A program made the position numbers and the translations under genes. From positions 2,612-66,611 of the forward strand of contig CAJONJ010000039.1 in assembly GCA_905236005.1 (NCBI GenBank): a stretch of 64,000 bases of DNA. The letters run 5' to 3'. This document shows, one piece after another, positions 21,856 through 31,470 of the stretch; the first letter of the stretch is position 1, and the number at the start of each line of letters is the position of its first letter. The DNA is from an uncultured Alphaproteobacteria bacterium (lineage in GTDB: Bacteria; Pseudomonadota; Alphaproteobacteria; Rs-D84). Under the pieces are notes generated by a model. The model made no database searches, was not told where the DNA came from, and saw only the letters and a list, made by a program, of their open reading frames with translations.

Positions 21856-22470
21856 TTATATTAAACATTTTTTTAAATTTTCACCTGTATCATTTTGATC
21901 AACATGTTTATTACGAATTTCTTCTTCTGCTTTGATACGTTGTTTTAACAAAATAATATCAGGATGATTTTGTATTTTTTCATTGATTTTATCTATGGCA
22001 GATTCTATATCTTGTTGATTTTTCACAAAAATTGGTGTAATAGAATCAGCAGCAGACATCACAGATTGCTTTAATAAATCTGCATTATCATCTATGATTG
22101 ATAAATATGCACGTATATGTTCATCTTCATGTTGTAAAATTGCGTTATATGAACAACTGTCTGGCTTATGAGAAATATCTATTTGAACCAAAAAATCAGA
22201 ATATCCAATAACAGCATCTACATTTTTCAATGCGACACAAAAACCATCTTCAATAGAAGTTATATCTGTTGTTATTTCATAATTATCAACCATTGTTGCA
22301 ATAACTTCACCATGTAATATATCCATCTGTTGCAAAGGTTGAACCACACTTTTTTCCCAAGATGGATTTTTTATATTTATTTTTGGTGTTAATTTATATC
22401 CTAAACAATCATCTCCAAAAGATATTGTTGGAACAAATAAAATTAATAAAAACAAATAAAATAATCTCAT
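21856..22470 (-). CDS. small secreted protein with HEXXH motif (HEDEH), 204 aa
   Basis: Signal peptide MRLFYLFLLILFVPTISFG. Motif LQHEDEHIRAY. Encoded between virB4 and the giant gene with only a 3-nt gap to virB4. Confidence 0.45.
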   Translation of the reverse strand: MRLFYLFLLILFVPTISFGDDCLGYKLTPKINIKNPSWEKSVVQPLQQMDILHGEVIATMVDNYEITTDITSIEDGFCVALKNVDAVIGYSDFLVQIDISHKPDSCSYNAILQHEDEHIRAYLSIIDDNADLLKQSVMSAADSITPIFVKNQQDIESAIDKINEKIQNHPDIILLKQRIKAEEEIRNKHVDQNDTGENLKKCLI

Positions 22471-22473
22471 GAA

Positions 22474-24888
22474 TTACATTGTTTGCTTTTTTAAATATTC
22501 TGCAACAAAATTATTTCCATAATTTTTATATAATTCTTCTGCCAGTAATACAGATGAACGCCCAGATTCAAATAAACGTAACATATTACCTAAACCACCT
22601 AATTCTGTATTTAAAACCACAGATTCACCATTAACAGGTCTTGATAATAACACAGCACGTTTTAAATTTGGATATGCTTTACCTTGAATAAACGCCATTT
22701 CCAAAGGATTTAAATTCCATTTTTCATAATCACTGATATCAGCGGCTGGATTACGGAAAAACAACACAGTTTGTGCCTGTCCACGAACAACATCACCTAT
22801 TCCCATTTTATCTAGAACATTTGCACGTTGGAAAGAAACCATATAAGCTTGTCTATTTTTACGTCCTTCTTGTAAACCAGCTATGAAATTATCACGAAAC
22901 ATTTTATTTTCTAACATAGGTGCTGTTTCATCAATCATAATTAATGAAGGATTTCCACCGGATACAGTTATTGTGTTTATTCTGTGTAATATATAAGATA
23001 TAACCGCAGGTGCCAAAATTTCATCTTGTAATATATCTGTGAAATCAAAAGTAGTTAACCGAGAATATAAATCCAAAGTATCTTCATTTTCATTAAATAT
23101 ATCACCATATTGTAAATCATCAACCCATTTTTTCAAAGCACTACGCATATTACCATCTGATGAAAAACAACTTTCATATAAATTTTTTAACAACCTGTCT
23201 TTATCTGATAAATAATCAAAATTCACAGACACAGCACGAGCAATTTCATCAGTTGATAAAACATCTGTTTGACCTGTTATTATTGCAAACCATCTACGCA
23301 AGAAAGCTCTGTTTACGGCTGTATCTGGCATTTTTAACGGATTTAAATGTGTTAAAAATGTATTATTTTCTTCATTTTTTTCTTTACCATTCATAGTGAT
23401 ATATTTACCACCAACAGACAAAGTGAAAATTTCAGCACCTTTGTTTCTATCAAAGAAAAATACTTTTAATTTCGGGTGTCTTAAAGATTGAGCAATCAAA
23501 AACGAAAATAAAGTTGTTTTACCACCACCTGTTGGACCAATTGTCAAAGTATGTCCCACAGCAGCTGGTTTATCAGATACATGAAATTGAAATTGATACG
23601 GTGTTCCTTGTGCTGTTGGAAATACAACCAATGGGCCAGGACCCCAATCACTGTTTTTAATACCCTGTGGCATAGAAGACAAAGGTATACTGATTGCAGC
23701 TGTCCTAGATAACATTTTAAAACTACGTGGGAAAACATCAAACCCTGGTATTTTAGCAAAAAATGATACTTTTGCTGCAAAATTTTCAACCACAGGTGAT
23801 ACACCAAAACCAGCACATATTTTTTTAAATTCTGCAATATATTGATTTAATTCATCTAAATTATATCCAAATAAAACAAAAGAAGGATAATAATCAACCA
23901 AAGTTTGATTTCCTGTAATATTTTCATCCATTGAAAATTCTGCTTCCGCTAATTGCTCTGTTGTAGATTCTCTATTTTTATCAGTAATTGTTGATTTATA
24001 TTGCCGTATTAAAAAATCAACATCTTTGTATTGCAATATACGAAAAGCATTCATTGTTATCATTTCACATTGCAAAGTAGATATAGAATCATAAAAATCT
24101 TCATCTAAATAATCAGGTGATATTTTAAAAGATAACATAGCTGAATAATATTTTTTATCACCACTAGTATATTCTACTATACCATTATTTTTAAAATCTA
24201 CATTATCAACTGTCACTACATTGGATATATTATCATCACATTTTTTTATCACAGGTTTTGATACAGGCGACAAAATTCTGCCAAAAAATGTAGCCATATT
24301 ATCAAAATTATCATTTTTTAATAATTCAGGTTTATAAACAGATAAAATAGATTCTATATATCCACAATATTTATCTAGTTTATCTTTATTATTTTGTCCA
24401 GAAACAGAAATAACAAGATAATATGTATTTGTATAAATTTTTAAACCTTGGTTATTCCATTTATTATATATTTTTTGTAACACAGGTTGATCAAATTCAT
24501 AATTTGTTTTTTCATCAGCAAAATCACGTATTGTAAAAAATCTTAAACAAACATCTGAATCTTGTATTTGATTAAATAATTGAGCTCTTAAATCCAGTAA
24601 TTTTTCACGATTTTTACTATCCATCATACTGGTTTGAACACCTTTGATTTTATAAACACGAACCAAAGAACCATCTGTGGTTGACAAAGTATTATCGGTA
24701 TAAACTTTATCAAATGGTAAATATTCAGAATATTTAACATAACCAAACTTTGGTAAAATCTTTTTATTTATCAAAGGAATAAATATTAACAATAAAATAA
24801 ATGCTAAAACTATCAATAAACAAACAACAGTTAGATTTAACATCATTGAATTAGTATTACCAGCAAAATAATCAAATATTTTTTCCAT
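22474..24888 (-). CDS. virB4: type IV secretion system ATPase VirB4
   Basis: 804 aa. Walker A motif IGPTGGGKTT, Walker B motif LIMIDE, CagE/TrbE/VirB4-like length, N-terminal hydrophobic segment. Preceded by virB3. Confidence 0.85.
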   Translation of the reverse strand: MEKIFDYFAGNTNSMMLNLTVVCLLIVLAFILLLIFIPLINKKILPKFGYVKYSEYLPFDKVYTDNTLSTTDGSLVRVYKIKGVQTSMMDSKNREKLLDLRAQLFNQIQDSDVCLRFFTIRDFADEKTNYEFDQPVLQKIYNKWNNQGLKIYTNTYYLVISVSGQNNKDKLDKYCGYIESILSVYKPELLKNDNFDNMATFFGRILSPVSKPVIKKCDDNISNVVTVDNVDFKNNGIVEYTSGDKKYYSAMLSFKISPDYLDEDFYDSISTLQCEMITMNAFRILQYKDVDFLIRQYKSTITDKNRESTTEQLAEAEFSMDENITGNQTLVDYYPSFVLFGYNLDELNQYIAEFKKICAGFGVSPVVENFAAKVSFFAKIPGFDVFPRSFKMLSRTAAISIPLSSMPQGIKNSDWGPGPLVVFPTAQGTPYQFQFHVSDKPAAVGHTLTIGPTGGGKTTLFSFLIAQSLRHPKLKVFFFDRNKGAEIFTLSVGGKYITMNGKEKNEENNTFLTHLNPLKMPDTAVNRAFLRRWFAIITGQTDVLSTDEIARAVSVNFDYLSDKDRLLKNLYESCFSSDGNMRSALKKWVDDLQYGDIFNENEDTLDLYSRLTTFDFTDILQDEILAPAVISYILHRINTITVSGGNPSLIMIDETAPMLENKMFRDNFIAGLQEGRKNRQAYMVSFQRANVLDKMGIGDVVRGQAQTVLFFRNPAADISDYEKWNLNPLEMAFIQGKAYPNLKRAVLLSRPVNGESVVLNTELGGLGNMLRLFESGRSSVLLAEELYKNYGNNFVAEYLKKQTM

Positions 24889-24891
24889 ATC

Positions 24892-25251
24892 TTATACCAC
24901 TAACCTTTTTGGAATTTTATTTCTTAATAATCTTAATTTAGAAAATATTATTTGTGCTATTTGTGGGTCACGTTTAGAATAAATACCTAAAATAGAATGA
25001 GATAATATTAAACAACCTAAAAAACTGAGTGGTAAAGCGAAACTGTTTACACCAAAAACTAAACTAAAAACCAATAACACAATAAATAAAACAAACCAAA
25101 ATATAAAATTTAATATAGCAAGAGAATACGGCACATAAAATATGCGTGGTGGATTTGCCAAAGCTTTTAGAACTTTTTGTTTCAAAACTCCCTCTCCTGA
25201 TATACTAATTATAACAATTTCAACTTTTTTCAACAAGCATAAAAGTAACAA
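24892..25251 (-). CDS. virB3: type IV secretion system protein VirB3
   Basis: About 100-120 aa with two TM segments and an LKALANPPRIFYVPY-like VirB3 N-motif. Lies immediately upstream of virB4. Confidence 0.55.
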   Translation of the reverse strand: MLLLCLLKKVEIVIISISGEGVLKQKVLKALANPPRIFYVPYSLAILNFIFWFVLFIVLLVFSLVFGVNSFALPLSFLGCLILSHSILGIYSKRDPQIAQIIFSKLRLLRNKIPKRLVV

Positions 25252-25405
25252 GTTTTAAAAATGTTGAAAATATTAAAAATACATTATTTTTCAACTGTTT
25301 ATTATTTTACGATTTTTTTCAACAATTTTATAAAAAATCCCTAAAATCTAAGATTTTTTTGTTGAAAACTTGTTTAAAAAAAGTTTATTTTAATTTTCAA
25401 CAAAA
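25216..25405. promoter_or_regulatory. array of six TTTTCAACA / TGTTGAAAA 9-mers upstream of virB3 (operator or iteron-like; alternatively degenerate DnaA-box cluster)
   Basis: Plus-orientation copies at about 25218, 25289, 25315 and 25395. Reverse copies at about 25262 and 25360. All lie in a very AT-rich 250-bp divergent intergenic region between virB3 and rpmJ. Confidence 0.4.
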
Positions 25406-25498
25406 CTAACAGACATAATAAAAACAATAAATAAATATAATAAATATTTGATTTTTTATAAAACTGGTTTATAATTGCCCAGTAAAAAGGATTTTGAT

Positions 25499-25633
25499 AT
25501 GAAATTTTTAAGTTCTTTAAAAGCTTGGAAAAAACGCGGAAATATTAAACAAATTCGTCGTGGAAAACAAGTTATATTAATTGACCCTGCAAATCCAAAA
25601 TTAAAGGCAAAACAGGGCTTTAAACGGAAATAA
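25499..25633 (+). CDS. rpmJ: 50S ribosomal protein bL36 (zinc-independent YkgO/alpha-type)
   Basis: 44 aa, MKFLSSLKAWKKRGNIKQIRRGKQVILIDPANPKLKAKQGFKRK. Close to the E. coli YkgO / Rickettsia L36 pattern MKVxxSLK...RRGKxxVI...NPRFKAxQG. Missed by the ORF track because of its size. Confidence 0.7.
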   Translation: MKFLSSLKAWKKRGNIKQIRRGKQVILIDPANPKLKAKQGFKRK

Positions 25634-25688
25634 TACAGTCCAATTGGATGATATTTTTCATACCCAGGTATTATATTTGGGTATTTTT

Positions 25689-26387
25689 TTATTGTTCTGA
25701 TAAAAATGCCTCTTGCAGCACTTTTTTTACTTCTATTTCACCCATACCAGACATACGTAAATAATTTATTTGTTCATTATTTGGTTTATAGATACTGGCA
25801 CTATGGACAGCATTTTTAGGGACAGATTGTATATATTGGGTTGGTTTTAATGTTATTTTAGCTGTTTCATCTGCCATAACAGAAAAAGAAATATCACTGT
25901 CACAGAATTTTTTATTTTTATTTATAATTGCATAACCATTTAATATAGTTTTTGTATTTTTATGTGCTAATACTTTTGTTTTTATAAAAATACCAGTATT
26001 TTCACATAAATGTTCACCTTTTGAATTTATTTCCAAAGAATCATAATTTTGTGCTATTATTTGTCCGTTAAAAACACTATTTTTACCGGTATTTTTAACA
26101 AAAATATTCAAAAAAGCCGGTTTTTTGTTAATAATTTTACCGGAAAATATAATATCAGTATTTTTAGCAGTTATATCTATATTTATATTGATATTACCGG
26201 TTATTTCACCAACATATATAATATGTATTTGTAATTTAGGTGTTTTTAAAATAGATATAGTATTGTTATCAGAATTATAATTTATATTAGTATAATCTGA
26301 TAAATCTTCACAAAAAACACCATCACGAAAAACTAAAGTTTCCGCAGGAAATGTTTTTATATTGAATTCTTGCCAAAGGTATGACAT
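25689..26387 (-). CDS. SufB/SufD-family protein (short, 232 aa)
   Basis: C-terminal block DSDISFSVMADETAKITLKP...EQINYLRMSGMGE matches the SufBD signature DDVxCxHGATxGxLDEExLFYLxSRG. No sufC or sufS adjacent. Confidence 0.5.
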   Translation of the reverse strand: MSYLWQEFNIKTFPAETLVFRDGVFCEDLSDYTNINYNSDNNTISILKTPKLQIHIIYVGEITGNININIDITAKNTDIIFSGKIINKKPAFLNIFVKNTGKNSVFNGQIIAQNYDSLEINSKGEHLCENTGIFIKTKVLAHKNTKTILNGYAIINKNKKFCDSDISFSVMADETAKITLKPTQYIQSVPKNAVHSASIYKPNNEQINYLRMSGMGEIEVKKVLQEAFLSEQ

Positions 26388-26463
26388 ATTTATATCCAGT
26401 TATTTATATGAATAATATAATAAAAAACAAATAAACAAACAACAAATTAATTGGTGAAAAGAT

Positions 26464-27543
26464 ATGGGATTTAATTGTGGTATAGTTGGATTACCAAACG
26501 TTGGTAAATCTACATTATTTAATGCATTAACACAAAGTGCAGCTGCGGATGCTCAAAATTATCCGTTTTGCACTATTGAACCAAATACAGGTCGTGTAGT
26601 TGTTCCTGATGAAACACTGCATAATCTGGCCAAGGTTGCTGGTGCAGAAAGAATAATACCAACACAGCTTGAAATTGTTGATATTGCTGGACTTGTCAAG
26701 GGTGCATCAAGTGGTGAAGGTCTTGGAAATAAATTTTTATCAAATATTTTATCAACTGACGCAATTATTCATGTGGTTAGATGTTTTGAAAATGATGATA
26801 TTGTTCATGTAAATGGTAAAATTGACCCATTATCTGATATAGAAACAATAGAAACAGAATTAATGTTGGCTGATTTAGAAAGTTTAGATAATCAAATAAA
26901 AAAACTTGAAAAAAAAGTTCATGGCCAAGATAAAAATGCCGCTAAATTACTAGCTGATGCAAATAGTATAAAAACAGGTCTTGAAAAATCTATACCAGCA
27001 CGTGATCAAGAAACAGATTCATCACCTTTTAATTTATTAACCAGTAAACCTGTTGTTTATGTATGTAATGTTGAAGAAGCGGCTGCCAGTAAAGGTAATA
27101 AATATTCTGATATTGTTCGTGAAAAATTTGGTTCAAAGGCACCTGTTTTGATTATATCTTCTAAAATAGAAATGGAAATAGCACAAATTGTTGATGTTGA
27201 TGAAAGAAAAATGTTTTTAAATGAACTAGGTTTAAATCAATCAGGTTTAGATCAAGTTATTCACACAGGTTATGATACTTTAGGATTACAAACTTTTTAT
27301 ACTGTTGGACCAAAAGAAGCACATGCTTGGACTATTACAAAAGGAATGACAGCACCACAAGCAGCCGGAAAAATACACAGTGATTTTGAACGTGGTTTTA
27401 TACGTGCAGAAATTATATCACCATCAGATTATATTGAATATGGTGGTGAAGTGGCTGTCAAAGAAGCTGGTAAAATGAGATTAGTTGGTAAAGAATATAT
27501 AATGCAAGAAGGTGATATATGTCATTTCTTGTTTAATGTATAA
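26464..27543 (+). CDS. ychF: ribosome-binding ATPase YchF
   Basis: MGFNCGIVGLPNVGKSTLFNALT G1 motif, 359 aa, TGS-like C-terminus. Confidence 0.85.
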   Translation: MGFNCGIVGLPNVGKSTLFNALTQSAAADAQNYPFCTIEPNTGRVVVPDETLHNLAKVAGAERIIPTQLEIVDIAGLVKGASSGEGLGNKFLSNILSTDAIIHVVRCFENDDIVHVNGKIDPLSDIETIETELMLADLESLDNQIKKLEKKVHGQDKNAAKLLADANSIKTGLEKSIPARDQETDSSPFNLLTSKPVVYVCNVEEAAASKGNKYSDIVREKFGSKAPVLIISSKIEMEIAQIVDVDERKMFLNELGLNQSGLDQVIHTGYDTLGLQTFYTVGPKEAHAWTITKGMTAPQAAGKIHSDFERGFIRAEIISPSDYIEYGGEVAVKEAGKMRLVGKEYIMQEGDICHFLFNV

Positions 27544-27594
27544 AAATAAAAAGCCGGCTTTTTTGATAAAAATATTCAAAAAGGCCGGTATTTT

Positions 27595-29220
27595 TTATTG
27601 ATTATTCATATCCAGTAATAAATCTAATTTTTCTTGTGCTTCGGTAATTTTTTTATCAATTTCTTTTAAAGAATCACTATTTCCATCAGATTTGTTTAAA
27701 ATATCCGCTAATAATTTTTGTTTTTCTAAATTTAATTTTTGAATATATCTTTGTAATTTAAAAGAAACTATAAATTTTTCGGCTTTTTCTAAATTTAAAT
27801 CTGTTTTTGGAACATCTTCATCAAAAGAAATATTCAAAGATGATAAAAAATCTACATACTTTTCAGACAATTCTGGATATGTTTGGACAACAGATTTTAT
27901 AACATTTAAAGTCATATTATCTGCATCAGGTAATTCTATTTCTGGAATATATTTTTGTTTTTTCCATTTATGCCATTGATTAAATTTACGACTGTTGTAT
28001 TCTTGTTCAATTTCATTTTGAAATATTTTATCTGTTATTTTAGATAAACAATCTTTCAAAAATTTTTCAGCTTGTGTTCGTCCATTTGGTGTGTTTGTTA
28101 AATAATTTTTATTTACACTGTCCCATAAAAAATCAATTAAAGAAATTGAATCATCTATTATTTTACGCATAGCAGATTCACCTTGATTTTTTAATATTTC
28201 ATCTGGGTCTTTACCACCAGAAACAAATGCAAAACGAACATCAGAATTATCACGTAAAAATGGTAAAACCAAGACACAGGCCCGTACAGCAGCTTTTTGT
28301 CCTGCTGTATCACCATCAAAACAAAATGTAATATTACGGTTAGATTTACATAAAATTGCAACATGGTCTTCTGTTAATGCTGTTCCAAGTGGTGCGACAG
28401 TTTCAGGAAACCCATGATTTTGCATTTGTATTGCATCTATTTGACCTTCTACTATAATGCTGCGATTTTGGCGATGAATAGCATCACGTGCAAAATTAAA
28501 TCCGAATATAGTTTGTCTTTTATGAAATAATTCTGTATCAGTTGTATTTATATACTTAGGTTCACTGCCATCCAAAGAACGCCCAGAAAAAGCAACAACT
28601 TGACCATGTGCATTAAATATAGGAAACATCAATTTATCACGAAAAAAATCGTATAAGCCATAGTTTCCAACACGTACAAGACCTGTGGCAAGTAATTTAT
28701 CTTTGTTTATATTCGCAAATTTAGATGAAATAACACTGTTTTTTGGTGCATAACCAATTCTATATTTTTTTATCATTTCATCTGAAAAACCACGTTTTTT
28801 TATATAATCTAATGCGATTTTACCGGCATCTGTAAATAATAATTCTTGATAAATTTTTGTTGCAGATTCTGTAATCTGAATATAATTTTCTTCCGCTTGT
28901 TTTTGTTCAGGTGTTTTTTGTTTTATATCTGGCATTTTTATACCAGCCATATCAGCTAGTTCTGTTATAGCTGTTTTGAAATCTACATTTTCAGATTTCA
29001 TTACAAAAGAAATAATATCACCATGTTCGCCACAACCAAAACAATGATAAAATCCTTTTTCTTCTGATACAGAAAAAGAGGGTGTTTTTTCATTATGAAA
29101 AGGACAACATCCCCAATAATTTTGACCCTTTTTTTTCAGTGGTATACGGCGAGAAATCACGTCTACCAAAGATAATCTTTGTCTTAATTCATCAGTAAAA
29201 GAATTATCAAATTTTGCCAA
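27595..29220 (-). CDS. dnaG: DNA primase
   Basis: Zinc ribbon CCPFHNEKTPSFSV...CFGCG, TOPRIM domain, 541 aa. Confidence 0.9.
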   Translation of the reverse strand: MAKFDNSFTDELRQRLSLVDVISRRIPLKKKGQNYWGCCPFHNEKTPSFSVSEEKGFYHCFGCGEHGDIISFVMKSENVDFKTAITELADMAGIKMPDIKQKTPEQKQAEENYIQITESATKIYQELLFTDAGKIALDYIKKRGFSDEMIKKYRIGYAPKNSVISSKFANINKDKLLATGLVRVGNYGLYDFFRDKLMFPIFNAHGQVVAFSGRSLDGSEPKYINTTDTELFHKRQTIFGFNFARDAIHRQNRSIIVEGQIDAIQMQNHGFPETVAPLGTALTEDHVAILCKSNRNITFCFDGDTAGQKAAVRACVLVLPFLRDNSDVRFAFVSGGKDPDEILKNQGESAMRKIIDDSISLIDFLWDSVNKNYLTNTPNGRTQAEKFLKDCLSKITDKIFQNEIEQEYNSRKFNQWHKWKKQKYIPEIELPDADNMTLNVIKSVVQTYPELSEKYVDFLSSLNISFDEDVPKTDLNLEKAEKFIVSFKLQRYIQKLNLEKQKLLADILNKSDGNSDSLKEIDKKITEAQEKLDLLLDMNNQ

Positions 29221-31467
29221 TTATTTTGCCTTTTTAACAAATGAACGTTTTACAGTTTTTTTGCTGTTTATTAAATCAATAGCCTCTTCTAGACCAGGTT
29301 TTTCTTTTACAGAAACATTTACACGATTAGAAGATAAATACGGACCATATCTGCCATCAGAATAATAATAAATAGGTTTGTCTGTTTCTGGATTTTTTCC
29401 AAGAATAATTGGTTCTACTTTTTTCTTTTCACCATTTAATAATTCTTTGGCTATATCCAAACTAATATTTTCAAAATTATATTTCTTTGCAGAAACATTT
29501 TTTTCACCATTTGTAACATACGGTCCATATTTACCAATACGGAAAAATATATTCTCACCTAATTCTTTTTCAGATTGTGTTTTTTCAGTTGTCTGTTCTT
29601 CAGGTGTTGGTGCATTATCAGTCAATTTCATAGTATAATTACATTTCGGATAATTATTACAACCGATAAATGCACCATATTTAGATAATTTTATACCCAA
29701 TTTTGCACCGCATTTTGGACATACATTGTTATTATCTTTGAATAAATGATTATGCATAAAATCATTTATATTGTTTATAATATCAACAGTTTTTACATCT
29801 TTTGCAGAATTTATCATGTTATTTGTTGGATTCCAGAAAGATTGTAACGAAGATAATTTATCTTTTTTGCCATTTGACACATCATCTAATGTATCTTCTG
29901 TTTTTGCTGTAAAATTAACATCAACTAAATCTTTGAAATAATTCGCCAAATAAGACACTAAAACCCATCCGGCAACAGTTGGATGAAAACGATGTTGTTT
30001 ATCTTGTTCAACATATTTTCTATCTACAATTGTTGACATAATCGTTGCATACGTTGATGGACGGCCAATTCCAAGTTCTTCAAGTTTTTTAACCAATGAT
30101 GCTTCTGTAAAACGTGCAGGTGGTTGTGTAAAATGTTGTTCAGGTTTTAATGATGTAATTTCAATTTTATCATTTATATTTAACACAGGTAATTTTACAT
30201 CACCAGATTCTTTTTCATCATCATTATCTTCTATATAAACTTTCATAAAACCATCAAATATGCGTGTTGTGCCGACACAATGAAAAACTGCATTTTTAAC
30301 ATCTATATCCACAGAAACAGAATCAAATTCAGCATTACTCATTTGACAAGCAACTGTTCTTTTCCATATTAATTCATACAATTTTGCTTCATCACCAGAT
30401 AAATTTACTTTTTGATTCAGAAAATGTGTTGGACGAATTGCTTCGTGTGCTTCTTGTGCATTTTTAGATTTTGTTACATAAATATTTGGTGTTGGTGGTA
30501 AAAATTTATCACCATATTCTTTGGATATATATTCACGAATTTCACCGACTGCTTCCACAGATAAATTAGTAGCATCAGTTCGCATGTATGTTATAAATCC
30601 TTGTTCATATAATTTTTGAGCCGTAGCCATAGTTCTTTTAGAAGAAAAATGCAATTTACGTGCAGCTTCCTGTTGTAACGTAGATGTTGTAAAAGGTGCT
30701 GCTGCATGTCTTTGAACTTTTTTCTTTTCTATATTTGAAACAATACCTGTGGTTGGTGTGTTTATAACAGATATTATATCATCAACCATTTTTTGATTTT
30801 CAATGGTCATTTTTTCTATTTTTTTACCATTGAATTTTACAAGACCAGCAATAAACGTATTTTTATCAACATTGCAATTTGCATCTACAGACCAATATTC
30901 AATAGGTTTAAAAGCTTCTATTTCTTTTTCACGGTCAACTACCAATTTTACAGCCACAGATTGAACACGTCCGGCAGATTTACCAAGATTACGTCTCCAT
31001 AACAAAGGTGAAATACTGAAACCAATTAAATAATCTAAAATTCTGCGGACCAGATAAGCATCAACCAAATTATTATCTATTTCACGTGGTTCTTTTAATG
31101 CTGCTAAAATAGCATTTTTTGTAATCTCGTGAAAAGTTACACGATATACAGGTTTGCTTTTGATAACATCACGGGTATTTAAAATATCATTTATATGCCA
31201 AGCAATGGCTTCACCTTCACGATCCGGATCGGATGCCAGATATATTGCATCTGCTTTTTTAATTTCATCAATTATCAATTTAATTTGTTTTTCTTTACCA
31301 GGCATAATTTGCCATTTAGGTTTAAAATCATGTTCTATATCAACACTGCCGGATTCTGGTACTAAATCACGAACGTGTCCCACAGATGCAATAACACGCC
31401 AACCGTTTCCCAGATATTTTTCAATTGTTTTTGCTTTTGATGGTGATTCAACAATAAGTAGATTCAT
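29221..31467 (-). CDS. topA: DNA topoisomerase I
   Basis: N-terminal MNLLIVESPSKAKTIEKYLG...SVGHVRDL TOPRIM domain, active-site Tyr region, and C-terminal zinc ribbons CPKCGAKL...C. Confidence 0.9.
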   Translation of the reverse strand: MNLLIVESPSKAKTIEKYLGNGWRVIASVGHVRDLVPESGSVDIEHDFKPKWQIMPGKEKQIKLIIDEIKKADAIYLASDPDREGEAIAWHINDILNTRDVIKSKPVYRVTFHEITKNAILAALKEPREIDNNLVDAYLVRRILDYLIGFSISPLLWRRNLGKSAGRVQSVAVKLVVDREKEIEAFKPIEYWSVDANCNVDKNTFIAGLVKFNGKKIEKMTIENQKMVDDIISVINTPTTGIVSNIEKKKVQRHAAAPFTTSTLQQEAARKLHFSSKRTMATAQKLYEQGFITYMRTDATNLSVEAVGEIREYISKEYGDKFLPPTPNIYVTKSKNAQEAHEAIRPTHFLNQKVNLSGDEAKLYELIWKRTVACQMSNAEFDSVSVDIDVKNAVFHCVGTTRIFDGFMKVYIEDNDDEKESGDVKLPVLNINDKIEITSLKPEQHFTQPPARFTEASLVKKLEELGIGRPSTYATIMSTIVDRKYVEQDKQHRFHPTVAGWVLVSYLANYFKDLVDVNFTAKTEDTLDDVSNGKKDKLSSLQSFWNPTNNMINSAKDVKTVDIINNINDFMHNHLFKDNNNVCPKCGAKLGIKLSKYGAFIGCNNYPKCNYTMKLTDNAPTPEEQTTEKTQSEKELGENIFFRIGKYGPYVTNGEKNVSAKKYNFENISLDIAKELLNGEKKKVEPIILGKNPETDKPIYYYSDGRYGPYLSSNRVNVSVKEKPGLEEAIDLINSKKTVKRSFVKKAK

Positions 31468-31470
31468 TTT

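Noticed and set aside
22474-25251. Considered whether virB3-virB4 marks a conjugative plasmid or ICE segment.
   Set aside because: No relaxase, T4CP (VirD4), VirB6/8/9/10/11 or partition genes occur in the window. The gene content favours a chromosomal rvh-type split T4SS locus as seen in Rickettsiales. This cannot be confirmed without the rest of the genome.
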